A DNA stretch of 61,579 nucleotides, filler included, from Candidatus Woesearchaeota archaeon CG1_02_57_44 (GTDB lineage: Archaea; Nanobdellota; Nanobdellia; Woesearchaeales; CG1-02-57-44): NCBI GenBank assembly GCA_001871415.1. It is 5 parts of 5 records of this genome, joined end to end, with 100 filler letters (N's around TTAATTAATTAA, not from the genome) between each part and the next. Parts side by side here need not be neighbours in the genome. Positions count along the whole stretch, not along the records: positions 1 to 28,595 come from MNWW01000037.1; 4 more parts are not named here. One strand, given 5' to 3'. The translations under genes were made by a program, and so were the position numbers. The notes under the pieces are model-generated. The model saw nothing but the letters and a program-made list of their open reading frames with translations, did not search any database and was not told where the DNA came from. Numbering within the stretch: the first letter of the stretch is position 1; every line of letters starts with the position of its first letter. This document shows, piece by piece, positions 8,992 to 17,767 of the stretch.

Positions 8992-10284
8992 ATGGCAAGC
9001 ACCAAGGAGCACATGAACATTGTGTTTATCGGTCACGTTGATCACGGCAAGTCCACGACAGTGGGCCGCCTGATGTTCGATTCAGGCAACGTCCCTGAAC
9101 AGGAGATGCGCAAGCTCAAGGATCTGGCCCAACAGCTGGGCAAAGGCGGCTTTGAGTTCGCGTTCGTCATGGACAATCTCAAGGAAGAGCGCGAGCGCGG
9201 CGTCACCATCGATCTCGCCCACAAGCGCTTTGAGACCCCGAAGTACTACTTCACGGTCATCGACGCCCCTGGCCACAGGGACTTTGTCAAGAACATGATC
9301 ACCGGCGCGTCACAAGCTGACGCAGGCGTCCTTGTCGTCTCCGCCAATATGAGCGATGGCGTACAGGCCCAGACCAAGGAGCACGTGTTCCTGTCAAGGA
9401 CCCTTGGCGTCAACCAGCTCATCATCGCGATCAACAAGATGGACATGGCCAAGTATGACGAGAAGCGCTTCAATGATGTCAAGACAGAAGTCACCGCGCT
9501 GCTCAAGACCGTTGGCTACAATCCTGAGAAGATCCAGTTCATACCAATCGCAGCACTTCCAGGAGACAATGTCTTCAAGAAGAGCGAGAACATGGCATGG
9601 TATACTGGCCCGAACCTGTACGAGGCCCTTGACAAGCTGGACCTGCCAGAGAAGCCGACCAATCTTCCGATGCGCCTGCCCATCCAGGATGTCTATAACA
9701 TCACGGGTATCGGCGTGGTTCCGGTCGGTCGTGTCGAGACTGGTATCATGAAGGTCGGCGACAAGGTCATCATCATCCCAGGAAGGGAAGGAAAGGGTGT
9801 CAATGCCGAAGTCAAGAGCATCGAGATGCACCACGAGCAGCTCACTGAGGCCAGGCCAGGAGATAACATCGGCTTTAACCTGCGTGGTGTCGGCAAGAAG
9901 GATATCGCCCGTGGCGATGTTATCGGCCATCCCGCGACCCCGCCAACACTGGCATCAGAATTCACGGCCCAGATGATTGTGCTCAACCACCCGAGCGTCA
10001 TCACGGTCGGCTACACGCCAGTGTTCCACATCCACACGGCACAGGTGGCATGCCAGGTTACCGCCATACTGAAGAAGCTGGATCCAAAGACAGGTCAAAC
10101 TGTCGCGGAGAACCCTGACTTCATCAAGAACGGTGACGCTGCCATCCTGACCATCAAGCCTATGCAGCCTCTGGTCATCGAGCGCCAGAAGGACATCCCG
10201 CACATGTCACGCTTCGCGGTCAGAGACTCTGGAACCACGGTCGCTGCCGGCATGTGCATCGATCTGGTGGAGAAGAAAATATAA
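8992..10284 (+). CDS. tuf: elongation factor aEF-1 alpha
   Basis: [30 protein letters not shown]. Confidence 0.99.
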   Translation: MASTKEHMNIVFIGHVDHGKSTTVGRLMFDSGNVPEQEMRKLKDLAQQLGKGGFEFAFVMDNLKEERERGVTIDLAHKRFETPKYYFTVIDAPGHRDFVKNMITGASQADAGVLVVSANMSDGVQAQTKEHVFLSRTLGVNQLIIAINKMDMAKYDEKRFNDVKTEVTALLKTVGYNPEKIQFIPIAALPGDNVFKKSENMAWYTGPNLYEALDKLDLPEKPTNLPMRLPIQDVYNITGIGVVPVGRVETGIMKVGDKVIIIPGREGKGVNAEVKSIEMHHEQLTEARPGDNIGFNLRGVGKKDIARGDVIGHPATPPTLASEFTAQMIVLNHPSVITVGYTPVFHIHTAQVACQVTAILKKLDPKTGQTVAENPDFIKNGDAAILTIKPMQPLVIERQKDIPHMSRFAVRDSGTTVAAGMCIDLVEKKI

Positions 10285-10352
10285 TTTTTTTATTTTCATA
10301 TACCATTCATGGCGAGCGTTTTTCTCGTCATGAGGTACACACGTGATGACCC

Positions 10353-10664
10353 ATGCAAAAAGCGAGAATCAAAATAGCAAGCACTGACATCGAGAAGGTC
10401 AATCAGGTGTGTCAATACATCAAGGACATTTCTGATAAGACGGGCGTAGCAATGCGCGGCCCCATACCCCTGCCTACCAAGAAGCTCAAGATCACCACCA
10501 GGAAAAGCCCTGATGGAGAAGGTAGAGCAACCTGGGAACGCTATGAGATGCGCGTACACAAGCGCCTCATTGACCTGGGCATTGATGAGCGGGCCTTGCG
10601 CCTGGTCATGCGCGTGCAGATTCCAGAAGGCCTGAACATCGAGATTGAAATGATTGATGTATAG
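10353..10664 (+). CDS. rps10: 30S ribosomal protein S10 (uS10)
   Basis: [22 protein letters not shown]...[14 protein letters not shown]. Confidence 0.99.
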   Translation: MQKARIKIASTDIEKVNQVCQYIKDISDKTGVAMRGPIPLPTKKLKITTRKSPDGEGRATWERYEMRVHKRLIDLGIDERALRLVMRVQIPEGLNIEIEMIDV

Positions 10665-10785
10665 GTTTTACTTGTTTTTGCGCAAGAACTTTTAGAATTT
10701 TGAAACTACTTGAGAGTAGTATGCAATGTATAAGGAAGGTATAGCTAAAGACTTTTAACTGGAATTGACATTCCCGGGCATCCGA

Positions 10786-11121
10786 ATGGCGAGCAATCTA
10801 CAGTACGCAGGTGACGAAGGCGCCTTATGGTACGCGGGCATCCTGGTAGGAGATTCATACACATTACGTAGCATCACCCCGCTTACTGAGCGGGAAGCAC
10901 GTACGTACAACGACCCTACGGTGTGGTTTCTCAGACCCAGCGCCACGGGATTTGACGGCATCACGCAACATTCGCTTCTACGGGGCTTGTCACCAGCCCC
11001 CATACAAATCAACACGTTCCAGGTGCCTGTCGATGAAGATACCCATGCTGAAGTGGGCCCTGAAGGGCTCACCTCACTTCTCGATGCGTTGGTTGCTGCG
11101 CAAGAAGCAGCAAAACAATAA
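10786..11121 (+). CDS. hypothetical protein
   Basis: ORF of about 111 aa followed by a T-tract; no motif. Confidence 0.5.
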   Translation: MASNLQYAGDEGALWYAGILVGDSYTLRSITPLTEREARTYNDPTVWFLRPSATGFDGITQHSLLRGLSPAPIQINTFQVPVDEDTHAEVGPEGLTSLLDALVAAQEAAKQ

Positions 11122-11193
11122 TAAGCAGTGGTTTCTTTTTTCAGGCCAATTGCAGTCTATAAGTTGTGCAGTAGCACAATTGTCTGGAAACAA

Positions 11194-11217
11194 GGGTCTG
11201 TAGTCTAGGACTGTGAC
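11194..11217 (+). pseudogene. degenerate tRNA-Val 5' fragment (acceptor 5' strand plus D arm)
   Basis: GGGTCTGTAGTCTAGGACTGTGAC, a near copy of 11284-11308. Confidence 0.7.
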
Positions 11218-11239
11218 ACAAAAAATGACCTGGGAACAA

Positions 11240-11490
11240 GGGCCCGTAGTCTAGTGGCTATGACGCAAAGAAAAACCATGCAAGGGTCTGTAGTCTAGTG
11301 GCTATGACGTTGCCTTTACACGGCGAAGGTCGTCGGTTCGAGTCCGGCCAGACCCATGGTTTTTCTTGCGCGCGAAATCCCCTGGATTTCGCTGCGTTGC
11401 CTTTACATGCCAGGCTCTGCCTGGCGACCAGAAATGCACAGACATTTCTGTGCACGGCGAAGGTCTCCGGTTCGAGTCCGGACGGGCCCA
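11240..11490 (+). tRNA. interrupted tRNA-Val(TAC): segments 11240-11265, 11397-11407, 11455-11490
   Basis: Joined segments give a 73-nt cloverleaf with acceptor GGGCCCG/CGGGCCC-A, T stem TCCGG/CCGGA and loop TT-TAC-AC; inserts are 131 and 47 nt. Confidence 0.65.
11284..11356 (+). tRNA. tRNA-Val(TAC), intact, nested in insert 1 of the interrupted copy
   Basis: GGGTCTG/CAGACCC-A acceptor, TTGCC-TTTACAC-GGCGA anticodon arm, GTCGG-TTCGAGT-CCGGC T arm; no encoded CCA. Confidence 0.97.
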
Positions 11491-11586
11491 GTTTTTAATC
11501 CATTCTGAAAGACCAGCCAGCTGAGCAAAGCGAACGCTGGCTTTGCTTTGAACGACCTTTACACAAAAGGTCGCCGGACGGGCCCA
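11491..11586 (+). repeat. 96-bp tRNA-linked unit regenerating the tRNA-Val 3' end
   Basis: CCGGACGGGCCCA at 11478-11490 and again at 11574-11586; also holds an anticodon-loop remnant CCTTTACAC. Confidence 0.75.
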
Positions 11587-11674
11587 GGTCATTCTTGTGT
11601 ATGAACAACACAACACAATATTATGTCAGCCACCATGCAAAAGCCTTAAATGCAACGAGTTTCTTTTCAGGTCC

Positions 11675-11929
11675 ATGCCAAAGTACTGCATCTCGCACAA
11701 CAGACCGGATTGCATCGGCTGCGGCGCGTGTGCGGCAATCGCGCCCAAGAAGTGGCACATGGACGACGAGGGCAAGAGCCATCTGGAAGGCTCGAGCACC
11801 AACGATGACGGTTGGGAGCTGCTGGACATAAGCGATGATGAATTCCAGGAGCAGATGGACGCCGCCGAGTCCTGCCCGGTCAATGTCATCCACATCAAGA
11901 ACCTTGCTGATAAGAAAGAATTGATTTGA
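11675..11929 (+). CDS. ferredoxin (single Fe-S cluster)
   Basis: CIGCGACAAIAP...AAESCPVNVI. Confidence 0.93.
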   Translation: MPKYCISHNRPDCIGCGACAAIAPKKWHMDDEGKSHLEGSSTNDDGWELLDISDDEFQEQMDAAESCPVNVIHIKNLADKKELI

Positions 11930-11956
11930 CCGCACTTCCTAGGTGATTCAATTTGT

Positions 11957-13549
11957 TCATTGTTTGTTAGCGGTGCTCAGTATAGCAGCTGCCTTCTCTC
12001 TTCCCACGGCGAGCAAAAACGGCGCCAGTCTTGGACCTCGGTCTTTGCGCAGCAACACCTGATACGCGGCCTTGAAGAAGTCACCCGGTTGCATCTTGAC
12101 CTGCTCGCGGATGATGTGATAGCACTCTGCGAAGATTCCTTCTTCATCCCAGTCCTGGCGCCCCAGCGCATCCGCAAGCAGAAGCAATGCCTGACGCTGC
12201 TGGTCGGTCAAGAGGACACCATCCGCGCTCTCCTGCAGCTCGAGCTTCTGGTCAGGCGCGTGCAGCTGCACCCATGCCTGCGCCTTGGCCACGCGGTCAA
12301 GGATCGCATCACGATTCGCATCGTCAAAATGGCCCGTCTTCTCCAGAATAGCAGCCCTGCCAGCGTCGTCCTCCGCAAGTTGGCCCACCAGCGCCGCATG
12401 GCTGAATGTGAAGGGAGGAACATAGGAATATTCCATCACGGAAAGAGCGACAAGCCGCGCATCATGCGACTGCGCCTCGGCCTGCGCCGCTGCCTTGCGC
12501 ACCGCATCAAAATCATCGTAGAGGACTGCCAAGTCCTTCCAGGAAAAAGAGCGCGTCTTCATGAGCCGCTTGTTATAAAAGAAGCGCAGCAGATCAGAAC
12601 TCGCAACCTTGAGCCAGTCGCTTGGGTAGATGACATTGCCTTTGCTCGCGCTCATCTTCTCATTGTCTATCATGAGATGCTCATAGAACATCGGAACAGG
12701 TGATGGATAATCAAGCACACGCTCGGATATCTCCGCGTTCACCCAGAACGCGCTGTTGGGCACGATGTATTCCTTGCCCGCGCCTTCAGCGCTTATCTGC
12801 CAGTGTTTCCATTGCGCGGCCCATTCGCTCTTCCAACGCAGCTTCCCAGGGTCTTTGCCAGGAACCGCTGTCCCCTTGTGACCGCATCCCGTGGCGATTG
12901 TGGACTCAAAGCGATAATCTTCGCAGACGTACTCGACAGCGTCCTTGCTGACGGACAAGACCTTTGGCGTCGCCACCTTGCCGCAGTTCTGACAGACAGG
13001 AACCCAAGGAGTCCAGTCAGGCGCAAGATTATCCTGGTAGCGTCCGAGAATCTCGCGAACCTGCGCCATGCTCTGCATCAGCGCCTGGATTTCCTGAGTG
13101 AAAGAACCTTTAGCGTATTCGTCGGCCATGGAAAATCTCTCCATAGGTTCTGAAACGAACTGGTCGATCACCTCAAAGTAGTCCTTCTTGAAGCCATCAG
13201 CGTAATTGCCCGCCCGACCCAACGGGTCAGGTACCTGCGTCACGGGCATGCCCAGAAACTTACTGAAACTATCAGGCACGCCTTCAGGTATCTTACGCAG
13301 TGGGTCGGTATCCTCAGCGACCCAGATGAGCCGCGCCTTGACACCCGCGTCACTCAGGGCATTGCGCAGGGTGTCACCCCTGATGGTATCAGACAGGCGC
13401 CCCAGGTGCAAAACCCCTGACAATGACGCTGAGGTCTTGACCGTGAATACCGCAGGTGAGGCAACAGGCTTTGCCGTATACTTGGTTTCCTTGCGCGAAA
13501 TGATATCAGCCGCCAATTGGTCAGCCCAGAACTGCGATTCCTCAGACAT
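11957..13549 (-). CDS. lysS: lysyl-tRNA synthetase, class I
   Basis: FWADQLA, SGVLHLG (HIGH), DPLRKIP, CQNCG Zn site, KMSASKGN (KMSKS), GPRLAPF. Confidence 0.97.
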   Translation of the reverse strand: MSEESQFWADQLAADIISRKETKYTAKPVASPAVFTVKTSASLSGVLHLGRLSDTIRGDTLRNALSDAGVKARLIWVAEDTDPLRKIPEGVPDSFSKFLGMPVTQVPDPLGRAGNYADGFKKDYFEVIDQFVSEPMERFSMADEYAKGSFTQEIQALMQSMAQVREILGRYQDNLAPDWTPWVPVCQNCGKVATPKVLSVSKDAVEYVCEDYRFESTIATGCGHKGTAVPGKDPGKLRWKSEWAAQWKHWQISAEGAGKEYIVPNSAFWVNAEISERVLDYPSPVPMFYEHLMIDNEKMSASKGNVIYPSDWLKVASSDLLRFFYNKRLMKTRSFSWKDLAVLYDDFDAVRKAAAQAEAQSHDARLVALSVMEYSYVPPFTFSHAALVGQLAEDDAGRAAILEKTGHFDDANRDAILDRVAKAQAWVQLHAPDQKLELQESADGVLLTDQQRQALLLLADALGRQDWDEEGIFAECYHIIREQVKMQPGDFFKAAYQVLLRKDRGPRLAPFLLAVGREKAAAILSTANKQ

Positions 13550-13571
13550 GCAGCAGCGGACGCTCAGAGCG

Positions 13572-14189
13572 TTAATAAGGTTTTTGCCAGGATCGCACAT
13601 GGATGCCTGAACGCGTGTGCAAAAAGAGTTCTCCTGGCATTGGTTTTCGACGAAGCTGCTCTTGAGCAAGAGGGGATAGTGTGTCGATTCGGGCAAGGCA
13701 CGCGTGCGCCAGCAGCGCGCCCAAAGGCACAATCAAAGAGCGATACAGCGCAGGTGCGTCCTGAACACTTGCTCCTACGGGCAATTCCATGGCCAATTGC
13801 CCGAGGACAGGCCCTGCATCAAATTGTTCCGCCACCAGATGAACCGTTATCCCTGTCGCGTTCAGGCCATCTGAGAGCGCCTTTCCCAGGGGATTGCCGA
13901 CACCGCGATAGGTCGGTAACAGGGAGGCGTGAAGATTCCAAAGCCTGCCCCAATGGGCACACACCATACTCGGCGGTAACCGCTTACTGTAAAATGCGAG
14001 CAGAAAATAATCAGCGCTCCCTGGCATGATCGCAGCGAGTTCATCGTGGGTCCTGAACTGCTGGACGGGTAATGATGTCTGGATGCCTTGTGAGAGCAAC
14101 AGCCATGGCACGTCGCACCCTTTGGACACTAATGCCTTGGCTACTGCGACAGAAAAAACACTGTCGCCAATGACAGCAAGAGATGGCAT
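13572..14189 (-). CDS. formyltransferase (Fmt/PurN superfamily, N-terminal domain only)
   Basis: NLHASLLPTYRG, TGITVH, FDAGPVL. Confidence 0.88.
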   Translation of the reverse strand: MPSLAVIGDSVFSVAVAKALVSKGCDVPWLLLSQGIQTSLPVQQFRTHDELAAIMPGSADYFLLAFYSKRLPPSMVCAHWGRLWNLHASLLPTYRGVGNPLGKALSDGLNATGITVHLVAEQFDAGPVLGQLAMELPVGASVQDAPALYRSLIVPLGALLAHACLARIDTLSPLAQEQLRRKPMPGELFLHTRSGIHVRSWQKPY

Positions 14190-14298
14190 AGGGTTGCAAG
14201 CAGCGAGCCCTTTTTGTTGCTTTTGGTTGACGCGATGGGAATTGACATTAATGTCTGAAAACAAACATTAATATATGTCAGACGAGCCATAAGACTCC

Positions 14299-14922
14299 AT
14301 GAGCATCGCTTCACGCGTCGAGACCTATGTCGAAGGACGCCCTGGTATCAAGGACGCCATCTTGCTGGGCATCGCCAATTACTCCGCTATCGCCCGGCTG
14401 ATATCTTCTGAATTGGGCATTGCTGAAGATGCCGCCATCATCGCCGCGCTCCGGCGGTATTCGCGCAAGACGACCGGCAGCACCCATGAGAAACGCATCA
14501 GAAATGTTCTGGCGGAAAGCACCATCACGAGCCGCGACAGGATAGCGGTGGCCATCGTGCGCAAGGACGCTCACCCTGACACGTTGCTCGGATTCCAAAA
14601 GGATATCTCTGGCGTGCATAGCCACCAGGTTGAAGGCACCCAGACCATCACTTTTATCCTCGACGAGCAGGGATTGACTACCCTGCGCGCGAGGTTTCGC
14701 AAGCGCATCATCAAGACAGAATCCGGATTGGCAGAGATCACCATCAAAAGCCCACCGAGCATGGAAGAAGTCAGCGGCGTCACTGCCCACCTGCTCAGCA
14801 GGCTCGCCGCGCGCAGCATCAATGTCATAGAAGTCCTGTCGTGCTGGACTGACACCATCATGGTGGTCAGAGAACAGGATATAGGCCCTGCCATCGGGGC
14901 GCTCAAGATGTCACCCGAGTAG
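14299..14922 (+). CDS. ACT-domain protein (archaeal type)
   Basis: N-terminal NYSAIAR...ALRRY; C-terminal ACT GVTAHLLSRLAARSINVIEVLSCWTDT. Confidence 0.8.
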   Translation: MSIASRVETYVEGRPGIKDAILLGIANYSAIARLISSELGIAEDAAIIAALRRYSRKTTGSTHEKRIRNVLAESTITSRDRIAVAIVRKDAHPDTLLGFQKDISGVHSHQVEGTQTITFILDEQGLTTLRARFRKRIIKTESGLAEITIKSPPSMEEVSGVTAHLLSRLAARSINVIEVLSCWTDTIMVVREQDIGPAIGALKMSPE

Positions 14923-14960
14923 CTCTGGAAGCAAGCATCGCAACAGCGCTACATCCGTTG

Positions 14961-15170
14961 TCAGGACCGCGGGGTATCAGCGCGTCGGGCATGCTGCGGT
15001 TTTGATTTCAGCGCAGAGGCCATATGCGCGCGCAGCTGCGCGTTCTCGTGGCTCTGCTTGAGCGCTGATGCCAGCAACGCGCGATTCTCCTGCTCGAGCT
15101 CATCGATGCGCTTTTGCCTGCGAGCTATCTCCGCCTCGTAGAATGTCCTGTCTTTTGCATCCAGTGCCAT
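14961..15170 (-). CDS. small coiled-coil protein
   Basis: EIARRQKRIDELEQENRALL heptads. Confidence 0.6.
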   Translation of the reverse strand: MALDAKDRTFYEAEIARRQKRIDELEQENRALLASALKQSHENAQLRAHMASALKSKPQHARRADTPRS

Positions 15171-15244
15171 GTGGTGGAAGGGAGCCTCTGAAATAGATAA
15201 GGGTTTGCGAAATATTGTTAAAGCCTGCCGATGCCCGCAGGCAC

Positions 15245-16132
15245 ATGCTCACTGATGAAGAACTCGAATTGCTCACGCAAGCTGGAAAGATAACCGCGCA
15301 GGCCCGCGAGTATGGCCGAGAGCTCCTGGTCAAGGGCGCATCCGTGCTCGATGTTACCAAGAAAGTGGAAGCTAAGATACGGGAACTTGGGGGCGAGCCT
15401 GCGTTTCCGGCGCAGATAAGCAACAATGATACTGCAGCGCATGACTGCGCGACGTTCGAGGATCCGCGGGCGCTCTGCTCTGGCGACCTGGTCAAGCTGG
15501 ACCTTGGCGCTCATTGCGAGGGCTTTCTCGGCGACACGGCCGTGACGGTGAACCTCGGCGAGCACGCGACGCTGGTGAAAGCGGCAGAAGAAGCGCTTAA
15601 GGCGGCGCTTGAGCTGGTCAAGCCAGGAGCGCCCGTAGCTGTCATCGGTGCCACAATCGAGCAGACCATCAAGGACGCAGGTTATATTCCGGTACGCAAT
15701 CTTTCAGGCCATGGTCTTGAGCAATGGGGCGTTCACATGCCGCCGACCATACCCAATTTTGATACTGGAGATTCTACGGTGCTGGAGGAGGGCATGATGA
15801 TAGCAATCGAGCCTTTCGCCACTGACGGCGCAGGACTCATCGGCGAGAAAGGTCAGGCAGAGGTCTTTGATCTGCTCATGCACAAGGGTGTTCGCACCGG
15901 CTTTGTCCGGGATATCCTGTCGTACATCGAGACATACAATGACATGCCTTTCTGCCGACGCTGGCTTGCGCAGGAGTTCGGGATAGCCAAGACCAATTTC
16001 GCGCTACAAGAGCTCACACGACTCGGCATGCTGAATTCCTATGAGCCGCTCGTCGAGCGCAACAACGGCCTGGTGGCCCAGGCAGAGCACAGCGTCTATG
16101 TGCTCGACACCCCGATAATATTGACCAAGTAA
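15245..16132 (+). CDS. map: methionine aminopeptidase type II
   Basis: PAFPAQIS..AAH, KLDLGAH..GDTA, NLSGH, AIEPFAT, AQAEHS. Confidence 0.97.
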   Translation: MLTDEELELLTQAGKITAQAREYGRELLVKGASVLDVTKKVEAKIRELGGEPAFPAQISNNDTAAHDCATFEDPRALCSGDLVKLDLGAHCEGFLGDTAVTVNLGEHATLVKAAEEALKAALELVKPGAPVAVIGATIEQTIKDAGYIPVRNLSGHGLEQWGVHMPPTIPNFDTGDSTVLEEGMMIAIEPFATDGAGLIGEKGQAEVFDLLMHKGVRTGFVRDILSYIETYNDMPFCRRWLAQEFGIAKTNFALQELTRLGMLNSYEPLVERNNGLVAQAEHSVYVLDTPIILTK

Positions 16133-16193
16133 TAGCTACACTACAAGTAATAGCTACACTATCACACCGAGCTACACTATCACACCGAAGCTA
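16126..16193 (+). repeat. overlapping 18-bp tandem duplications
   Basis: CAAGTAATAGCTACACTA x2 followed by AGCTACACTATCACACCG x2. Confidence 0.8.
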
Positions 16194-16254
16194 TTGCTTT
16201 GTGAAGGCACACTGTTCGGGCTGCATCGCCTTTGGCCCTGATCCTGTCCCTTCA

Positions 16255-16689
16255 CTACTGCTCGTTCAATGTCAGACGCTGAGGCCTTGCGTAGGTATTG
16301 CCGCCCAGGTACTTGCTGACCACATACTTGTAGTTGCGACTGACCGTGGTCGCGGTAATCATACCGACAATCTGGTCGTTTTCTAAAACCGGAAGCTTCC
16401 TGACACCGTGCCTGTCCATGAGATCCGACGCTTCATAGATATGCACATCAGGCCTGATTGTGATGAGCGGCGCGTTCATGATGTCGCAGGCAAGATACGC
16501 CTTCGGGTCGCGATTCAGGGCGACAATCTTCTTGAGGATGTCCTTTTCCGTGACGATACCTATTGGTGTATGGTTATCAGTGATGAACACAGCTTCAGTA
16601 CTTCGCTCCACCATAGCCCTGCTGAGCTCAGCGATGCTTGCTGTTCTTGGCAAAAAGACAGCCTTCTCCATAATGTCGCGCACATGCAT
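16255..16689 (-). CDS. CBS-domain pair protein
   Basis: VRDIM, GIVTEKDIL, DIMNAPLITI, VRKLPV, GMIT. Confidence 0.9.
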   Translation of the reverse strand: MHVRDIMEKAVFLPRTASIAELSRAMVERSTEAVFITDNHTPIGIVTEKDILKKIVALNRDPKAYLACDIMNAPLITIRPDVHIYEASDLMDRHGVRKLPVLENDQIVGMITATTVSRNYKYVVSKYLGGNTYARPQRLTLNEQ

Positions 16690-16810
16690 CTGGACATCAC
16701 CCCCATTGCTTATGTGGCATCCATGGTTTATAATATTTACTCTAGGGAAAACAAATAGGTACGAAATGCGTCGGAGTTGACCAGGCGAGAAGAGGACGCT
16801 TAGAATGAAG

Positions 16811-16906
16811 TGGACCGGCCGGGGTACGAGGAATGTCAACGCATTCCTGGACTCCAGCCGAACCGAACACAAACAAACGCACAGCAACGCGCCCAGAAAG
16901 ACAATA
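16811..16906 (-). repeat. 96-bp tRNA-linked unit regenerating the tRNA-Ala 3' end
   Basis: TGGACCGGCCGGG at 16811-16823 and 16907-16919; hairpin AGGAATG/CATTCCT at 16829-16848. Confidence 0.75.
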
Positions 16907-16980
16907 TGGACCGGCCGGGATTTGAACCCGGAGTCTTCCCCTAGCCAAGGGGACACGATACCAGATTTCGCCACCGGCCC
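16907..16980 (-). tRNA. tRNA-Ala(GGC)
   Basis: GGGCCGG/CCGGTCC-A with G3:U70; TCCCC-TTGGCTA-GGGGA; TTCAAAT T loop. Confidence 0.96.
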
Positions 16981-17197
16981 ATTGCTCTCAGACTGTTCGT
17001 TCTGGTAAGCTTCTACCGTGCGATGATGCGTTGCTTCATCGCACTTGCCGTTGCGTGCCAGCCGAGCGCAACCAGCTGCCTGGTTTCGCCACCAACACAT
17101 GTGGGCGCTTTTTCCGAGAACCTGGTGGGGTTTAAAAAGATTATGGCCAATGCCAGCACTGCAAACTCATAAAAACACCAGGGAAAGTCCGAAGGTC

Positions 17198-17641
17198 ATG
17201 AGCGCCGCCACCTTGCCGAATCTAGAGGTTCTCGCAGAGACCCCGCCAGCAGTGCGCACCACATCCCAGAAAGAAAAACCACCGTCGGAAGGGATGCGCA
17301 CCCTTGTGACATGGCATGACTACGATGGCGTTTTTGGCCTGGTGTTTCGCTCGCCTGAACTGAATCTGGAAGGGTATCTGAACACGCCGAGCCATGCAGC
17401 GCTGAAACGCGAAACACCTTTTGAGGTCCAGATGGATGCCTGGCAGCTGGCCCATGACGCTGGCATAGAACCTGACCCCAGCACAGCTGTGCCACACCAG
17501 GACTGTCTTCGTGACAAGGGCGCGCTGGTGCTCGTCTACAATGCAGCCCACAGAACCTATCTGACATCAGTGCTCAACCCCATCTTCACCGCTGATGGGG
17601 CACCTGACCAGGACGACCACAGCAAAGATCAGTTGAGATGA
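17198..17641 (+). CDS. hypothetical protein
   Basis: ORF downstream of TTTAAAAA; start uncertain. Confidence 0.55.
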   Translation: MSAATLPNLEVLAETPPAVRTTSQKEKPPSEGMRTLVTWHDYDGVFGLVFRSPELNLEGYLNTPSHAALKRETPFEVQMDAWQLAHDAGIEPDPSTAVPHQDCLRDKGALVLVYNAAHRTYLTSVLNPIFTADGAPDQDDHSKDQLR

Positions 17642-17767
17642 CCATCCCCGAGGATTCTGGACCCGAAGCCTACCTGCTATGCAGATAGCAGGGTTCTTTC
17701 GTAGATTCTGCCATTCAACTGTGCACCACGCGATGCATCAGCCAACCAGTGTGGACCGCAATACCAA

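Noticed and set aside
11449..11460. Reading the interrupted tRNA as Ala(TGC) by alternative splicing
   Set aside because: Acceptor has G3-C70 rather than G3:U70, and the body matches the adjacent tRNA-Val
16126..16193. Functional repeat array after map
   Set aside because: Best explained by local slippage duplications that include the stop codon; no structure or other copies seen
16255..17100. 281-aa ORF as given in the track
   Set aside because: The N-terminal half runs through tRNA-Ala and its repeat; only the CBS part from 16689 is credible
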